This document shows, piece after piece, positions 30,831 to 41,292 of a stretch of DNA of 64,000 nt (position 1 is its first letter; each line of letters starts with the position of its first letter). Both the position numbers and the translations under genes were made by a program. The stretch lies in the IMG/VR virus record IMGVR_UViG_3300012662_000009, positions 64,001 through 128,000 of that record. The stretch is one strand, 5' to 3'. The notes under the pieces are model-generated. The model did not search any database. It saw nothing but the letters and a program-made list of their open reading frames with translations, and was not told the origin of the DNA. The DNA comes from a virus. Taxonomy: Duplodnaviria; Caudoviricetes.

Positions 30831-31341
30831 TTAATAAAGTGTTTCTTAGAATATTATAATATCTTTTTAAGGGAGTTATTTTACTAAATCCTTGAATATC
30901 ATCTTCTTTAATCAATCTCCTGGCTTCAGTGGCTGATATATCATCAGAGGTTCTTTTAATTTCTGTTATAGTAAAATCTTCTGAAAGATTAGCCTGTTCA
31001 TGATAGTTCTTAGACATTCTTTTATAAGACTCATATCTGTCTGTACCACATACCCAAGAAGAAACTTGATATCCCTGTTTATTAAGTTCTTCAGAGATAG
31101 TTATAATATTGGCGTTTTTTATTAATATAATCCCTTCAATCTCCTTATAAGCCTTAAGTGCTTCATTGTAAATGGGTAAAAGTAAAGAAGATTTATAAGG
31201 ATTCTTTGTGGTAGGATTAATAGTATCTATCATAAGGATTATTGTCTTGAGATGTTTTTCCTGATATATATTTTGAATGCATTTCAAGTGGCCATATGTA
31301 AATGGCTGAAAACGACCTATTATGATATTTACTTTTTGCAT
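30817..31341 (-). CDS. Cytidylyltransferase-like (HxGH) nucleotidyltransferase
   Basis: IGRFQPFTYGH, GTDR and ISATEAR. Confidence 0.8.
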   Translation of the reverse strand: MQKVNIIIGRFQPFTYGHLKCIQNIYQEKHLKTIILMIDTINPTTKNPYKSSLLLPIYNEALKAYKEIEGIILIKNANIITISEELNKQGYQVSSWVCGTDRYESYKRMSKNYHEQANLSEDFTITEIKRTSDDISATEARRLIKEDDIQGFSKITPLKRYYNILRNTLLNENL

Positions 31342-31419
31342 TATAAGTTAGTTTTAATCTTCATGTATTGATATATTAAATCGGTAGGAAATATTTAGTA
31401 GAATGATTATTATATTAAT

Positions 31420-33090
31420 ATGAAAAACTATAAATTATATAGTACTAATCTCCTCCTGGGTGGTAATATGAAATATGATTTGATATTAAATAAAAATAAT
31501 ATCAATGATATCATTGATATCAATGATATTCATATAACTCCTATAACTGAATTGTCGTCTTATAATAAGTATATAGATGAAAATCTCTTAAATTATACCC
31601 ATCAGGAGAATCTCTCAAGGTATTATAAGAATAATATAGAATCCTTTTATGAGGATGGTATAGATCCTTTATTAAAATCTAATTGGCCTATAAAATCCGA
31701 TGATGATTTTATAAAAAATTATGATGATACTTTTATAATGGGTGCTAAGAGGCCCCATTACAGTGTATATAATAAACAATGTGAGGTCCTGGTACCTCTT
31801 TGGTTGGAGCAAGTAAAGGATAGTTTAATTATATATATAAAATTAAAAGATGCTTCTAAGAGTTATGTTATGGGTTCTATAGAAGTACCTGTTATAGGGC
31901 ACAATTTTAATTACTTTAAGGATTATATAAAGGATATAGGTCTTAATGAAGGTGATGATAAAGTAATGTATATAAACCTCGAAAATAAACAAGCTTCTAT
32001 AAACTGCATAGATCTTAAATCAGGTCAGCCTGAGGTTAAAGATGTTTCTTATATAGTATCCAATTTAGTATCCAGAGAAAGACCTCTGATGGAGAATGAT
32101 TCTATAATTATTAATAGTTGGAATGGGTCTATAGCGAAACAATTGTTTAATTTCAATATATGTTTTGATTTCGATGATGTTGCATGGAATATTCATCAAA
32201 GCCCCAATACAAAGTATTATATAGAAATATCAGTAAAAGTAGATGGGCAAGAACTTCCTTTGAAAGATTTTTATACAAATTATCAAGATCTTATAAAAGA
32301 AGGGGGAGACCCATCTAAAGAATCTGACAATGTCTTATCATATCTACAAGATAATCATTATTTATCTTTCGTAGATAAAAATAAGATCCCCCAGAAATAT
32401 ATCCATTGGTCTTTACAAGATCATAATGATTATATATTTAATCTCTATGATGGGTTTGCAGGAGTATCCTCAGATGGTACTTATTTATCTCATTATTATG
32501 GTCTTACAAAAGACTCAGAAGATTATAAAGATCTCGTATTAAGGACTATAAACTTTAATAAAACAGTCACTCCTATAAAAACAGAAGGCCCCTCAATAGA
32601 TATTAAAGAGATTGAATATAACAAATCTGATAATAAATCCAATTATGTATTCCGCTATGATGGTCAGATTAAACCCACATTTGTAGGGCCGACAAATAAT
32701 TATATATATTATAAAATCATCTTAAATGACACCAATAAAAATCCTTTTGAAAAATATATAGGCACTGGATACATTCCTTTATATCCCTCTATAGGTTATT
32801 ATTCTTATGGATATTGTAAAAATGATGATTATAAAGAACTAAATAAATATCCTGAATATAAACTATATAATGATAATCAAGTATATCTCCTTGAAAATGA
32901 TATAAGTTTTGATAAAGACATTGTAGGAGACATAACAGAAGATATTATTAATAGTTTTTTTGAGAGATTTAATGAAGATGATAGAGAATATATTAAGGGA
33001 CTTTATAATATTTCTTATGATCTTTATAAGACTGAATTAAAAAACAAAGAATTACATAAAAAATTCCATATAAAATTAACATTAAAATGA
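31420..33090 (+). CDS. Hypothetical protein (possibly structural)
   Basis: 556-aa ORF with no recognised catalytic motif. Confidence 0.55.
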   Translation: MKNYKLYSTNLLLGGNMKYDLILNKNNINDIIDINDIHITPITELSSYNKYIDENLLNYTHQENLSRYYKNNIESFYEDGIDPLLKSNWPIKSDDDFIKNYDDTFIMGAKRPHYSVYNKQCEVLVPLWLEQVKDSLIIYIKLKDASKSYVMGSIEVPVIGHNFNYFKDYIKDIGLNEGDDKVMYINLENKQASINCIDLKSGQPEVKDVSYIVSNLVSRERPLMENDSIIINSWNGSIAKQLFNFNICFDFDDVAWNIHQSPNTKYYIEISVKVDGQELPLKDFYTNYQDLIKEGGDPSKESDNVLSYLQDNHYLSFVDKNKIPQKYIHWSLQDHNDYIFNLYDGFAGVSSDGTYLSHYYGLTKDSEDYKDLVLRTINFNKTVTPIKTEGPSIDIKEIEYNKSDNKSNYVFRYDGQIKPTFVGPTNNYIYYKIILNDTNKNPFEKYIGTGYIPLYPSIGYYSYGYCKNDDYKELNKYPEYKLYNDNQVYLLENDISFDKDIVGDITEDIINSFFERFNEDDREYIKGLYNISYDLYKTELKNKELHKKFHIKLTLK

Positions 33091-33091
33091 T

Positions 33092-34234
33092 ATGAGTGAC
33101 ACAAATAATATATATGCAGAGATAAAAGCTCCCCAATTGAGCGATGCAAAATATGGTGATAATCTTGATTCGCAATTTAATGCAATTAATAGTAACTTTA
33201 CTAAAATAGGATCAAGTGCTTTTACAAGGGGTGATAAAGGAGACTCTGTAAATGCATATAGATTGGATATTACTGATAAAGTAAAAGATACTTATAAAGA
33301 CGATTATAAAAAAGGTATTATAGCCCAGGCTATATATATGGGGTTAGATCAGGATGGATTAGGTCCTATACCTATTTCAAAAGATGCAAAAATAGAAGTT
33401 TCAGTAATTATTAATGATATAGAAAATCCTATTTTAAAAAGCTTTTGGTCTTTATATGTAGCGGGCAAGACACCGTGGTCAACCAGTAAAAATCTTTTAT
33501 CTGTCGTAGAAAATATCTTAATTGATATTATGCCGTTCTTTTATATAGATAAAAATTTTTATTCTGAAAATTTAAATCTACCTAATGATAAAAAAGATAA
33601 AACGGGCATTTATACTTTCGAAAATATATCTCCGCGCGACGGGCTAAGAATCTTATTCACTCAAAACCCTATTTCTCAAAGCATTTATTATAATACTAAT
33701 AAAGAAACCTGGTGTTGGGCTTTAGGAAGTAATCAAACGGACATTCCTATATATAAACAAACTTATGATGATAAAATTTTGATTCCTTGGGGAGATGACA
33801 AAGACACTTATCACGCCATGTATGTTTATAAAGGTAGTGATGAAGGAACAAGAAAAAACAGTTTAGCTATTAGCCCATATAGAAAAAATAAAAATGATCA
33901 ATGGGAAGCTATTAAATGGAAGCCTACAGATGAAGATTCAACATGGCCTGAATTGAATCTTGATAATTACTATTTAGTCCATGCAAATAGGGTTTTGGCA
34001 AGCAGCGGATATTTCAGAACATTATCATCACAGAGATTTTATACAGAAGACATTATATCAACTGAGAAACCATTAAATATTACTGCCAGTAATGGGATTA
34101 AAATAACTGGTGGGATTAAAATCAATATTGGGGGAGAAAATCAAGATTTGGAACAATATTTAACTCGGCTCGATTCAAGAATTATATCTTTAGAAACAAA
34201 ACAAAAGAATCCTCTATCTAACACTCCAAAATAG
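33092..34234 (+). CDS. Hypothetical protein (possibly tail-associated)
   Basis: INSNF..RGDKGD N-terminus and C-terminal coiled coil. Confidence 0.5.
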   Translation: MSDTNNIYAEIKAPQLSDAKYGDNLDSQFNAINSNFTKIGSSAFTRGDKGDSVNAYRLDITDKVKDTYKDDYKKGIIAQAIYMGLDQDGLGPIPISKDAKIEVSVIINDIENPILKSFWSLYVAGKTPWSTSKNLLSVVENILIDIMPFFYIDKNFYSENLNLPNDKKDKTGIYTFENISPRDGLRILFTQNPISQSIYYNTNKETWCWALGSNQTDIPIYKQTYDDKILIPWGDDKDTYHAMYVYKGSDEGTRKNSLAISPYRKNKNDQWEAIKWKPTDEDSTWPELNLDNYYLVHANRVLASSGYFRTLSSQRFYTEDIISTEKPLNITASNGIKITGGIKINIGGENQDLEQYLTRLDSRIISLETKQKNPLSNTPK

Positions 34235-34294
34235 GTTAAGATATATAAATCTATATAAAATATATTTTGCGCGAAATTTGATATGTTTATGCGC
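34215..34294. repeat. Dispersed palindromic element, copy E (degenerate, inverted core TATATAAATCTATA)
   Basis: AAAATAGG-TTAAGA-TATATAAATCTATA...TATTTTG-GCGAAATTTGATATGTTTATGCGC. Confidence 0.7.
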
Positions 34295-34346
34295 ATTATA
34301 AATATATTTTTAGAATATCCTTTAATGTATAAATTAAAAAAATAAA

Positions 34347-35096
34347 ATGAAAAATATAAAAGAATATATAAACGAGTCACTTTTTGATGACGAAGATGAT
34401 TTACTTGATAAGAACCCAGATCAAGTAATATTTGATTATTTGAAAAGCATAGTCCTATCACATCAAGTTAAATATGTAGATGAGGAATTTTATATAAAGA
34501 ATGGTATAATATACTATAGAGGAAGTGATCAATTTACATTTACCATCGAAAGCCCTATGCCTTCTTATATAAATTTTGATAAAAAATCCTGTGGTGATAA
34601 TATTATTTCTTTATTAAGTTATAATGGAATATCTCAGGAAGATTTGGATAGGCTTCCTGGTGGGGTCTGGTTAATAAAATCTAATAGATTGTCTAAATTA
34701 ACTATTCCTATATACAAGGCTCTTGATTTACAGGAAGTGAATATTTTTAATAATGTTATACTTAAGCCTGTTGAAGAATATACTAATATTGCAATAACTA
34801 TTGGTAAAAGAAAGCAGAATAAACTAACCCCTAAAGATATTATGAATTTATCTGTTCAGGGAAAGGATCCGGAAGTATGTCTCCGTATAATTAACCAGAA
34901 TGATTATAACGATATTAAAAATATGCTATTGAGTGATCCTGATTTTTCTAAGCATGTTATAAAGGATCTCCATTGTTCTGTAATAGTTGGTAATTATGGG
35001 GGTAGAGAAAAATATTTTTTAGAATATTTAGATATGTCCGATAACATTACTGACGTGATATCAAAAGGTCAGTGGAGAGAAAGATGTGAGATATAA
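34347..35096 (+). CDS. Tagged E-(S/G)LFDD family protein
   Basis: MKNIKEYINE-SLFDDEDDLLDKNP. Shares SQEDLDRLPG and ISKGQW with 46917..47672. Confidence 0.7.
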   Translation: MKNIKEYINESLFDDEDDLLDKNPDQVIFDYLKSIVLSHQVKYVDEEFYIKNGIIYYRGSDQFTFTIESPMPSYINFDKKSCGDNIISLLSYNGISQEDLDRLPGGVWLIKSNRLSKLTIPIYKALDLQEVNIFNNVILKPVEEYTNIAITIGKRKQNKLTPKDIMNLSVQGKDPEVCLRIINQNDYNDIKNMLLSDPDFSKHVIKDLHCSVIVGNYGGREKYFLEYLDMSDNITDVISKGQWRERCEI

Positions 35097-35099
35097 TGA

Positions 35100-36773
35100 T
35101 TAAACATTAATAATACTATAATCATAACCTTCCTTCTTATAAGTCCTGATCTTGGCAAGGCCTTGTAGGTATAATTTTTTAGTAGGAAATATATCTACAA
35201 TGTCATATAAATAAAACTTAGACTTCTCTTTGGTCTTAAGCATAAGTCTTCCTAATGATTGTTTATTAATAACCTCAGACTTAAAAGATTGCGCAAAAAT
35301 ACCATAATCAACATTTTTAAAAGTCAAGCCTGTACCACAACAACCATAAGAAGCAATTAATATAACATTATCATTAACAAGCATTTCATCAAGAATTGCT
35401 TGTCTTTTTTTGATATTGGTGGCCCCTGTAATTTTATATATTATTTTGTCAGGAAATTCTTGCTTAAAGACTTTTTCAAGATAATTTAAGTATTCCGTAT
35501 GATGAGCAAATACTATAATATTTTTTTGTAGGCCCCTTATAATATTATTAATAACTTTTATTCTCTTCTTCGACCTATGCACGAGCATTTGCTCAAGTAT
35601 TAAAAGATTCGAACCCTTTGATTTACATAGGTCTATAAGATATGATATATATTCTTTATTATTATAAAGATTTTTAAGGTTCTTTAATGTATATGGTAAT
35701 ACTTTTTCATGGGTTATAGTAAAAGACCTTTGTTTTTTTGGTAATAAAACTTTTTTACCGTTAATAATTTTATCGGAGCTGCAGAGATATTCACCACATT
35801 TTATATAATCATTTTCTAGATCACTCTCGTCATAAGATATTCTATATTGTTTTATAACAGGCTCGGCAAGAAATCCTTCATCTATCAATTCGCGAGCTGA
35901 TAAATCCTGTATTTGGGGACCCATAAGTGATTGACAACAAAAGGATTCTATGGTCGATTCCTGTGGAAGTGTACCCGTAAACCCAAATTTGATCTTAGCA
36001 TTCTTTATAAAGTCTTGCGATAAAATTGTATTAATAGACTTACAAACCAAATGATGGGCTTCGTCTATACATATTACATCATAATCTTTGAAGAAACTGG
36101 GATTATACTTTTTATTTCTTTTATCCGCGCGTTGTACAAGAGATTGATAAGTACCTATAGTGAGATTAGCAGATTCACAATATTCCGATTTAGCCCATAT
36201 AGCTTCTGCTTGAAAAAATTCTTTATACTCCTTAAAATCTTCTACTCCTTGCTTAACTAATTGAATAGAAGGTACTACCATAAGAATTTTTTTAGCTCCA
36301 TGTTCAAGCATATAACGAAATATTATATAAGCTATTAAAGTCTTACCGGCACGAGTTGCGAGTTGAGAGAGACTCTGACGATATTTCAATATAAGCCATG
36401 CAGCCTTGATTTGATAATCCCTTGGTTGTATATTAAGATCCCATTTATTTATATATAAAGTAAAATCTTCAAGTGTCATATCAAAATCATTATACTTGAA
36501 ATAATTGTCTATTCCAGATACTTCTATATTATTTTTTTGACAGAACCCATAAACCTCTCGCCATAGACCGGAATGACAATAATATATAAGATCTCCTGTC
36601 TTAGACTTAAATTTATTAAGAAAGACCTCTGGCTTAGGAACTCCTGAAAAAGAAGGTAAGAACATATACTGAGGGATTTTATTAAGATATCCTTCGAGTT
36701 CTTTAAGTTCTTTGGGGTCTCCTTGCATAAAGATATATCTGAGATCATCTTTCTTATATAAGATTTTAATCAT
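35100..36773 (-). CDS. uvsW: UvsW-like SF2 DNA helicase
   Basis: PRDYQ, ATRAGKT, DEAH, GFTGT and QSLGR. Confidence 0.85.
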   Translation of the reverse strand: MIKILYKKDDLRYIFMQGDPKELKELEGYLNKIPQYMFLPSFSGVPKPEVFLNKFKSKTGDLIYYCHSGLWREVYGFCQKNNIEVSGIDNYFKYNDFDMTLEDFTLYINKWDLNIQPRDYQIKAAWLILKYRQSLSQLATRAGKTLIAYIIFRYMLEHGAKKILMVVPSIQLVKQGVEDFKEYKEFFQAEAIWAKSEYCESANLTIGTYQSLVQRADKRNKKYNPSFFKDYDVICIDEAHHLVCKSINTILSQDFIKNAKIKFGFTGTLPQESTIESFCCQSLMGPQIQDLSARELIDEGFLAEPVIKQYRISYDESDLENDYIKCGEYLCSSDKIINGKKVLLPKKQRSFTITHEKVLPYTLKNLKNLYNNKEYISYLIDLCKSKGSNLLILEQMLVHRSKKRIKVINNIIRGLQKNIIVFAHHTEYLNYLEKVFKQEFPDKIIYKITGATNIKKRQAILDEMLVNDNVILIASYGCCGTGLTFKNVDYGIFAQSFKSEVINKQSLGRLMLKTKEKSKFYLYDIVDIFPTKKLYLQGLAKIRTYKKEGYDYSIINV

Positions 36774-36849
36774 GCTCGTCTAAATTTTTTCTTATGTTTT
36801 AATATATAAATCCATTAAAAGATTTTTAACGTACTAAAATATTAATAAA

Positions 36850-37632
36850 GTGCATACAATAGTAGCAATAGACATAGAAACCACCGGGTTAGATCCTCAA
36901 AATGATTATATAGTACAATTAAGTGCTGTGAAATTTAACTCTGATAGCATATTTGATCTTGAACCGGAAATTTTAGGTAGTATTGATTATATAATTATTC
37001 CTCAACATAAATTTATAATATCTCCGGGAGCTCTTCGAACACATGGTTATACAGAAGAATTTATAAAAGATAATGGAGTCTATATCAAAGATATAGCTGA
37101 ATATATTATAAAGTTTATAGGGGATTCTGATTACCTTACATATAATGGTAATAACTTTGATTTTAAGTTTTTAGTTAAAGACTTTAAATTAGCTGGTTAT
37201 GATTTTCCTATAGAAAATAGGAAGTTCTATGACAGTTATGCTATGGAATGTAAATTTTCTCCCCGAGACCTAAGCTCTGTTTATAAAAATTATACAGGGG
37301 AAGTCTTTGAAAATTCGCACGATTCTCTGGCAGATGTAAATGCCACAATAAAAGTATTTCAAAGTCAAATTAAGAGATATAATTTGAATATCGAAGAGAT
37401 CTCCAACTGGAATGAAAATAATTTACTCTCCATAGGGGGTTCTATAAGATACGCTCAAGGAACTGATTCAGAACCTCTTATAGTATTTGCAGTAGGTAAG
37501 TATAAGGATTCTGATATATATAAAGTAATGAAGGAGGATCCTTCCTATTGTCGCTGGTGGTCCACTAATGTGGCATCTGAGAGAGATAGGAATATTGCCA
37601 AAGAATATTGTAAGAAACTCATGAGTAAGTAA
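36850..37632 (+). CDS. DnaQ/DEDDh 3'-5' exonuclease
   Basis: DIETTG, YNG-NFD and HDSLADV. Confidence 0.88.
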   Translation: MHTIVAIDIETTGLDPQNDYIVQLSAVKFNSDSIFDLEPEILGSIDYIIIPQHKFIISPGALRTHGYTEEFIKDNGVYIKDIAEYIIKFIGDSDYLTYNGNNFDFKFLVKDFKLAGYDFPIENRKFYDSYAMECKFSPRDLSSVYKNYTGEVFENSHDSLADVNATIKVFQSQIKRYNLNIEEISNWNENNLLSIGGSIRYAQGTDSEPLIVFAVGKYKDSDIYKVMKEDPSYCRWWSTNVASERDRNIAKEYCKKLMSK

Positions 37633-37668
37633 TTATATATTTTTTATTAACACTTTTATTTTTAATTA

Positions 37669-38730
37669 TTGATGAAACAAAAAAAATTTGAATGGCCTGC
37701 TTTCAACCGAGATAAAGATCGTATTCGGTATAATTCACAGGCTTACGCTCAAATGAGCATTGCTGATGCTTTTAATAAGGCCTATAACCTCAAGATCAAG
37801 CCTACAGAAGTATCTGATGAGACACCACGAGATCTCCGCGTAGGTGATATTATCAAGGTGTTTATTCGAGATGTTCAGAAGAATCATGTTGAATTTGATT
37901 CAACTAATGTCAAGGCAAACCTAAGTTCTTCAGTCAACCTTTGGAAGTATAATCGCTTCAAGAATAATATTCCCAAGGAATCAGTCGAAGCGCGTGTTAC
38001 AAATGTCTCGAGGGGGACAACTTATATCGATCCACTGACACTACTCACTGAAGGTTATGTCTTGCCTTTTGTTAAAGATCCTTGGAAGCAAAAAGATCTT
38101 AAGAATCCACATAAAATTCTTGTAAAGAATCTTCAATTGTCCCGCGGTGGGTTCATCGGTCAAGCTGTTATTCCGAGTACCTCAGGATTTGTTGGAGAGG
38201 ATTATACAGTAGAGGCTTTTATACCGGGTTCGCAAATTGTATTGAATATTACTAAGGACTTTGAGAGTTTTATAGGAAAAGATGTAGAGGCTTTTATAGT
38301 AAATTATATACCGAAGCCTGGAGCAGACAATAAAATGTCCCTTATATGCTCCACCAAAGAACTCCTTAAATTTTACGGAGATTCTACTATGGTAGAGATG
38401 TTCAAGCACTGGACCGAATCTGATGAGATCTGGCAAGAAACCAAAAATGCTCGTTTTGGTGGCCTTGTGACAGGTATTATAAATTCTTCTAAGAAATGTG
38501 GGGTCTTCGTTGAAATACCTGAATTGAATATTACCGGTATGGTTCAATGCAATCCCTCAGAGATAGTTGACTACAAACCCGGCGATGAACTTATGGTAGG
38601 TATTGAGGGTTTCGAAGAAGAAACTTATTTCAATAAAGATGTTCAGCAAGTACAACACCAAGATCCTTATATAATCACTGAGGGATGTCTGGAGAAATGC
38701 AATCTCAAGCCTATTTTGAAGATTTGTTAA
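37669..38730 (+). CDS. Multi-S1-domain protein (ribosomal protein bS1-like)
   Basis: LRVGDII-V, GGFI..EAFIPGSQI and GVFVEI..ITGMV..YKPGDEL-V. Confidence 0.65.
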   Translation: MMKQKKFEWPAFNRDKDRIRYNSQAYAQMSIADAFNKAYNLKIKPTEVSDETPRDLRVGDIIKVFIRDVQKNHVEFDSTNVKANLSSSVNLWKYNRFKNNIPKESVEARVTNVSRGTTYIDPLTLLTEGYVLPFVKDPWKQKDLKNPHKILVKNLQLSRGGFIGQAVIPSTSGFVGEDYTVEAFIPGSQIVLNITKDFESFIGKDVEAFIVNYIPKPGADNKMSLICSTKELLKFYGDSTMVEMFKHWTESDEIWQETKNARFGGLVTGIINSSKKCGVFVEIPELNITGMVQCNPSEIVDYKPGDELMVGIEGFEEETYFNKDVQQVQHQDPYIITEGCLEKCNLKPILKIC

Positions 38731-38747
38731 AGGAATATTAATAGTAC

Positions 38748-38780
38748 AAAAAAAAGGATCCGTATACGGATCCTTTTTTT
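38748..38780. terminator. Bidirectional terminator
   Basis: A-run, GGATCCGTATACGGATCC, T-run between convergent genes. Confidence 0.75.
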
Positions 38781-39375
38781 ATACATTTACAAATTCATAA
38801 TCAATATTATTGAAACTAAACTCTACGTCAAAAGTCCCCGAATCTCTTTCTAATTTATTAAAATTAAAATCAAGACCTTCTATGCCATTTATATATACAT
38901 CAAAGAACTTTATACGAGATGTTATGGTCCCATCCTCATCAAGTAATTCTATATATAATACTTTATCGGGCCCATAATCAAGAGGTTTGCATACCCTATA
39001 AAAAATTGTTTCATACAACATAAAATAATTATATAATCCCTGATTCATCCTAAAGGTTATTTTGAATTTCTTATCAATCTTATCTATTGGATTAGAAGGG
39101 GTTACATAAGTAATATCCGTTTTAGGTTCTATATTAAACTTGCCCAATTTCCTCTCGAATGAATTAGAACTGTGCTGTGCTTGCGAAATAACCACATCAG
39201 AAATACCGGGGAAGCTTATGCCTTGTATTGACTCATTAAGATAATCTATAGGAGTATTTATCACCCCGGGATTTTTATCTAAGATCTTTTGATACTTATC
39301 CACTATAGGATCGGGTAAAAAATCTTTGGGTAATTCAAATCTAAATAAATCAAATCTCGGAGATAATGAAAGCAT
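38779..39375 (-). CDS. Tail tube-fold protein (T4 gp3/gp19-like)
   Basis: IQGISFPG..., F-DV-I-GIEGLDF...TFDVEF-F C-terminus. Confidence 0.5.
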   Translation of the reverse strand: MLSLSPRFDLFRFELPKDFLPDPIVDKYQKILDKNPGVINTPIDYLNESIQGISFPGISDVVISQAQHSSNSFERKLGKFNIEPKTDITYVTPSNPIDKIDKKFKITFRMNQGLYNYFMLYETIFYRVCKPLDYGPDKVLYIELLDEDGTITSRIKFFDVYINGIEGLDFNFNKLERDSGTFDVEFSFNNIDYEFVNV

Positions 39376-39408
39376 TTAATAATCCTGTATAATTAAATAT
39401 ATAATAAC

Positions 39409-39891
39409 ATGTACAACAGAGACGGTAAATGGCTTTTACATAAAAGAGAAGCGATAAGAAAAATGTTAAGAGTACGTTTTGATGAGAAACGCGATACAAC
39501 ACCCTTACTGGATGAATATTATGAGACTATTAAAGAACTCAAAGACATAGGTATTAAAACTGCAACTCGTTCTGGCACTGTTTATCTAAGGTATAATAAA
39601 GCAGGCACCAAAGAATCTCATCAAAAAATTATTAAACCCTCTAATGATCGAAAAAAGTTTTATATAAATATTGCATGGAACTCAAAAACAAATAATATAA
39701 AGATCATCCAGAATTACCTTAAAATATTAAAAATCAAACAAGTAAATGCAGAGTTCTCAGAATTTCCTGATCGAAAAGAGTATATAAATACTTATATATA
39801 CCAAGGGACAGAATCTGAATTAAATATTATAAAGAGCACAGTTAATTATCTTATTGAAACTCAAAGAGATAATAATATAGATATTTATTAA
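39409..39891 (+). CDS. Hypothetical protein
   Basis: 160-aa ORF. Confidence 0.55.
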   Translation: MYNRDGKWLLHKREAIRKMLRVRFDEKRDTTPLLDEYYETIKELKDIGIKTATRSGTVYLRYNKAGTKESHQKIIKPSNDRKKFYINIAWNSKTNNIKIIQNYLKILKIKQVNAEFSEFPDRKEYINTYIYQGTESELNIIKSTVNYLIETQRDNNIDIY

Positions 39892-39909
39892 GAAATTTTA
39901 AGGTTCAAT

Positions 39910-39948
39910 CACTAAAGATCCCTATAAATTTGTTATATCAATACATAA
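39910..39948 (+). promoter_or_regulatory. Bipartite promoter-like motif, copy 3
   Basis: CACTAAA-N12-TTTGTTATATCAATACATAA, 18 nt before the sigma factor ATG. Confidence 0.65.
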
Positions 39949-39966
39949 CGTTTTAACAAGATTTAT

Positions 39967-40617
39967 ATGATAGGATCAAAGATTAAGGAAGAAAATTACA
40001 ATGTACAACAGTATGCCCCTCTTGTATATAAAATAACAAAGCAATTCGTAAACTCTGTTAAGATGCCATGGAATGATATCAGTTCAATGGCGTGGGAAGG
40101 TCTTGTCCTGGCCTTTCGTAGCTATGATCCAGACAGATCTAACATGACTTTTGTACAATTTGCAGCGTATTCCATAAGAAATAATATATTAACTTCTATA
40201 GACTATGAACTGAGAACAGTGCGAATGTCAGCATATGCACAAAAAAAGGCTTCGGATCAGGGACTTCCTTCTTTTACATCGGTATCTATGACAGCTATAT
40301 CAGGAACAAATGGATCGGAGGATTCTGATATGACCTCTAAAGAATATCGATATAAACTTTATGAAGAGATCAAACCGGGTTATGCAAAAATTATGGATGG
40401 GATGTATAAAAAACTTGAGGGAAAATTTTCCGAGAGGGATATAAAGATCTTTTACATGACATTCTCTCTCAAAGATTATGATGAGTACAAATGTAAGGAT
40501 ATAGCGAAACACTTTAAGGTCTCTGAAGGTCGTGTATCACAAATAGTTAAGCATATAATAGAATATATAAGGCAAGATAAAGATCTTAAAGAATCTTTGA
40601 TGGATCTGCTTAATTAA
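39967..40617 (+). CDS. Sigma-70 family RNA polymerase sigma factor
   Basis: PLVYKI, EGLV-AFRSYDP, FVQFAAYSIRN-I and KDIAKHFKVSEGRVSQI. Confidence 0.88.
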   Translation: MIGSKIKEENYNVQQYAPLVYKITKQFVNSVKMPWNDISSMAWEGLVLAFRSYDPDRSNMTFVQFAAYSIRNNILTSIDYELRTVRMSAYAQKKASDQGLPSFTSVSMTAISGTNGSEDSDMTSKEYRYKLYEEIKPGYAKIMDGMYKKLEGKFSERDIKIFYMTFSLKDYDEYKCKDIAKHFKVSEGRVSQIVKHIIEYIRQDKDLKESLMDLLN

Positions 40618-40657
40618 TACATATGGTTCAATATTTTTAACTAAAATATATATAGAC

Positions 40658-41287
40658 ATGCTTATTACAAAAATTTTTAAGGCTGAATCAATGCATCGAG
40701 TGGTCAATTGCTCGAGTAAATACTGCAAATATTCCTGTCATGGACATTCTGCTGTTATCGAGGTGACATTCAAAGGAACCCAACCAGATAACGGTGGTAT
40801 GGTTTATGATTTTGGTCTTATGAAAGGTACCATTAAACAATTCATCGAGTCCATGGATCATGCAGCACTACTTTATAATTATGATGATCCAAAATATGTT
40901 AGTTTTATCAAAGAATTTAATAAACGCTGGATATCACTTCCTGTATCACCTTCAGCAGAATTTCTCTCGGCTTTTATATTCCAGTATATAAAGTTCATCA
41001 TGAACCATACTGTTCCCGAAAATGGCGAAGGTCCTATAAGTGTTTATTCAGTTAAATATCACGAAACTACAACAGGATCCGCAACATGTTTTGAAGAGGA
41101 TCTTAATACATGGTTTCCGGAAAAATTCCTTAAAGAAGTACAATTCTCTCAAGGTGTTAAGGATGAATGGTCAGAAGACCTTATGAAGATCATAGAAGAT
41201 CACGATAATGAAATATTTAAGTATCTTTATGACGAGGGGTTGGTTTATAATGAAATAGCTGAACAACAGGTAAAAAAGAACTGGTAA
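40658..41287 (+). CDS. queD: 6-carboxy-5,6,7,8-tetrahydropterin synthase QueD
   Basis: H-VV-C..C...HGH, GMVYDFG, MDH, PSAE and HET. Confidence 0.9.
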   Translation: MLITKIFKAESMHRVVNCSSKYCKYSCHGHSAVIEVTFKGTQPDNGGMVYDFGLMKGTIKQFIESMDHAALLYNYDDPKYVSFIKEFNKRWISLPVSPSAEFLSAFIFQYIKFIMNHTVPENGEGPISVYSVKYHETTTGSATCFEEDLNTWFPEKFLKEVQFSQGVKDEWSEDLMKIIEDHDNEIFKYLYDEGLVYNEIAEQQVKKNW

Positions 41288-41292
41288 AAAAT

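Noticed and set aside
40560-40660. preQ1 riboswitch upstream of queD or queC
   Set aside because: The leaders are short AT-rich spacers with no recognisable preQ1 stem-loop and A-rich tail.
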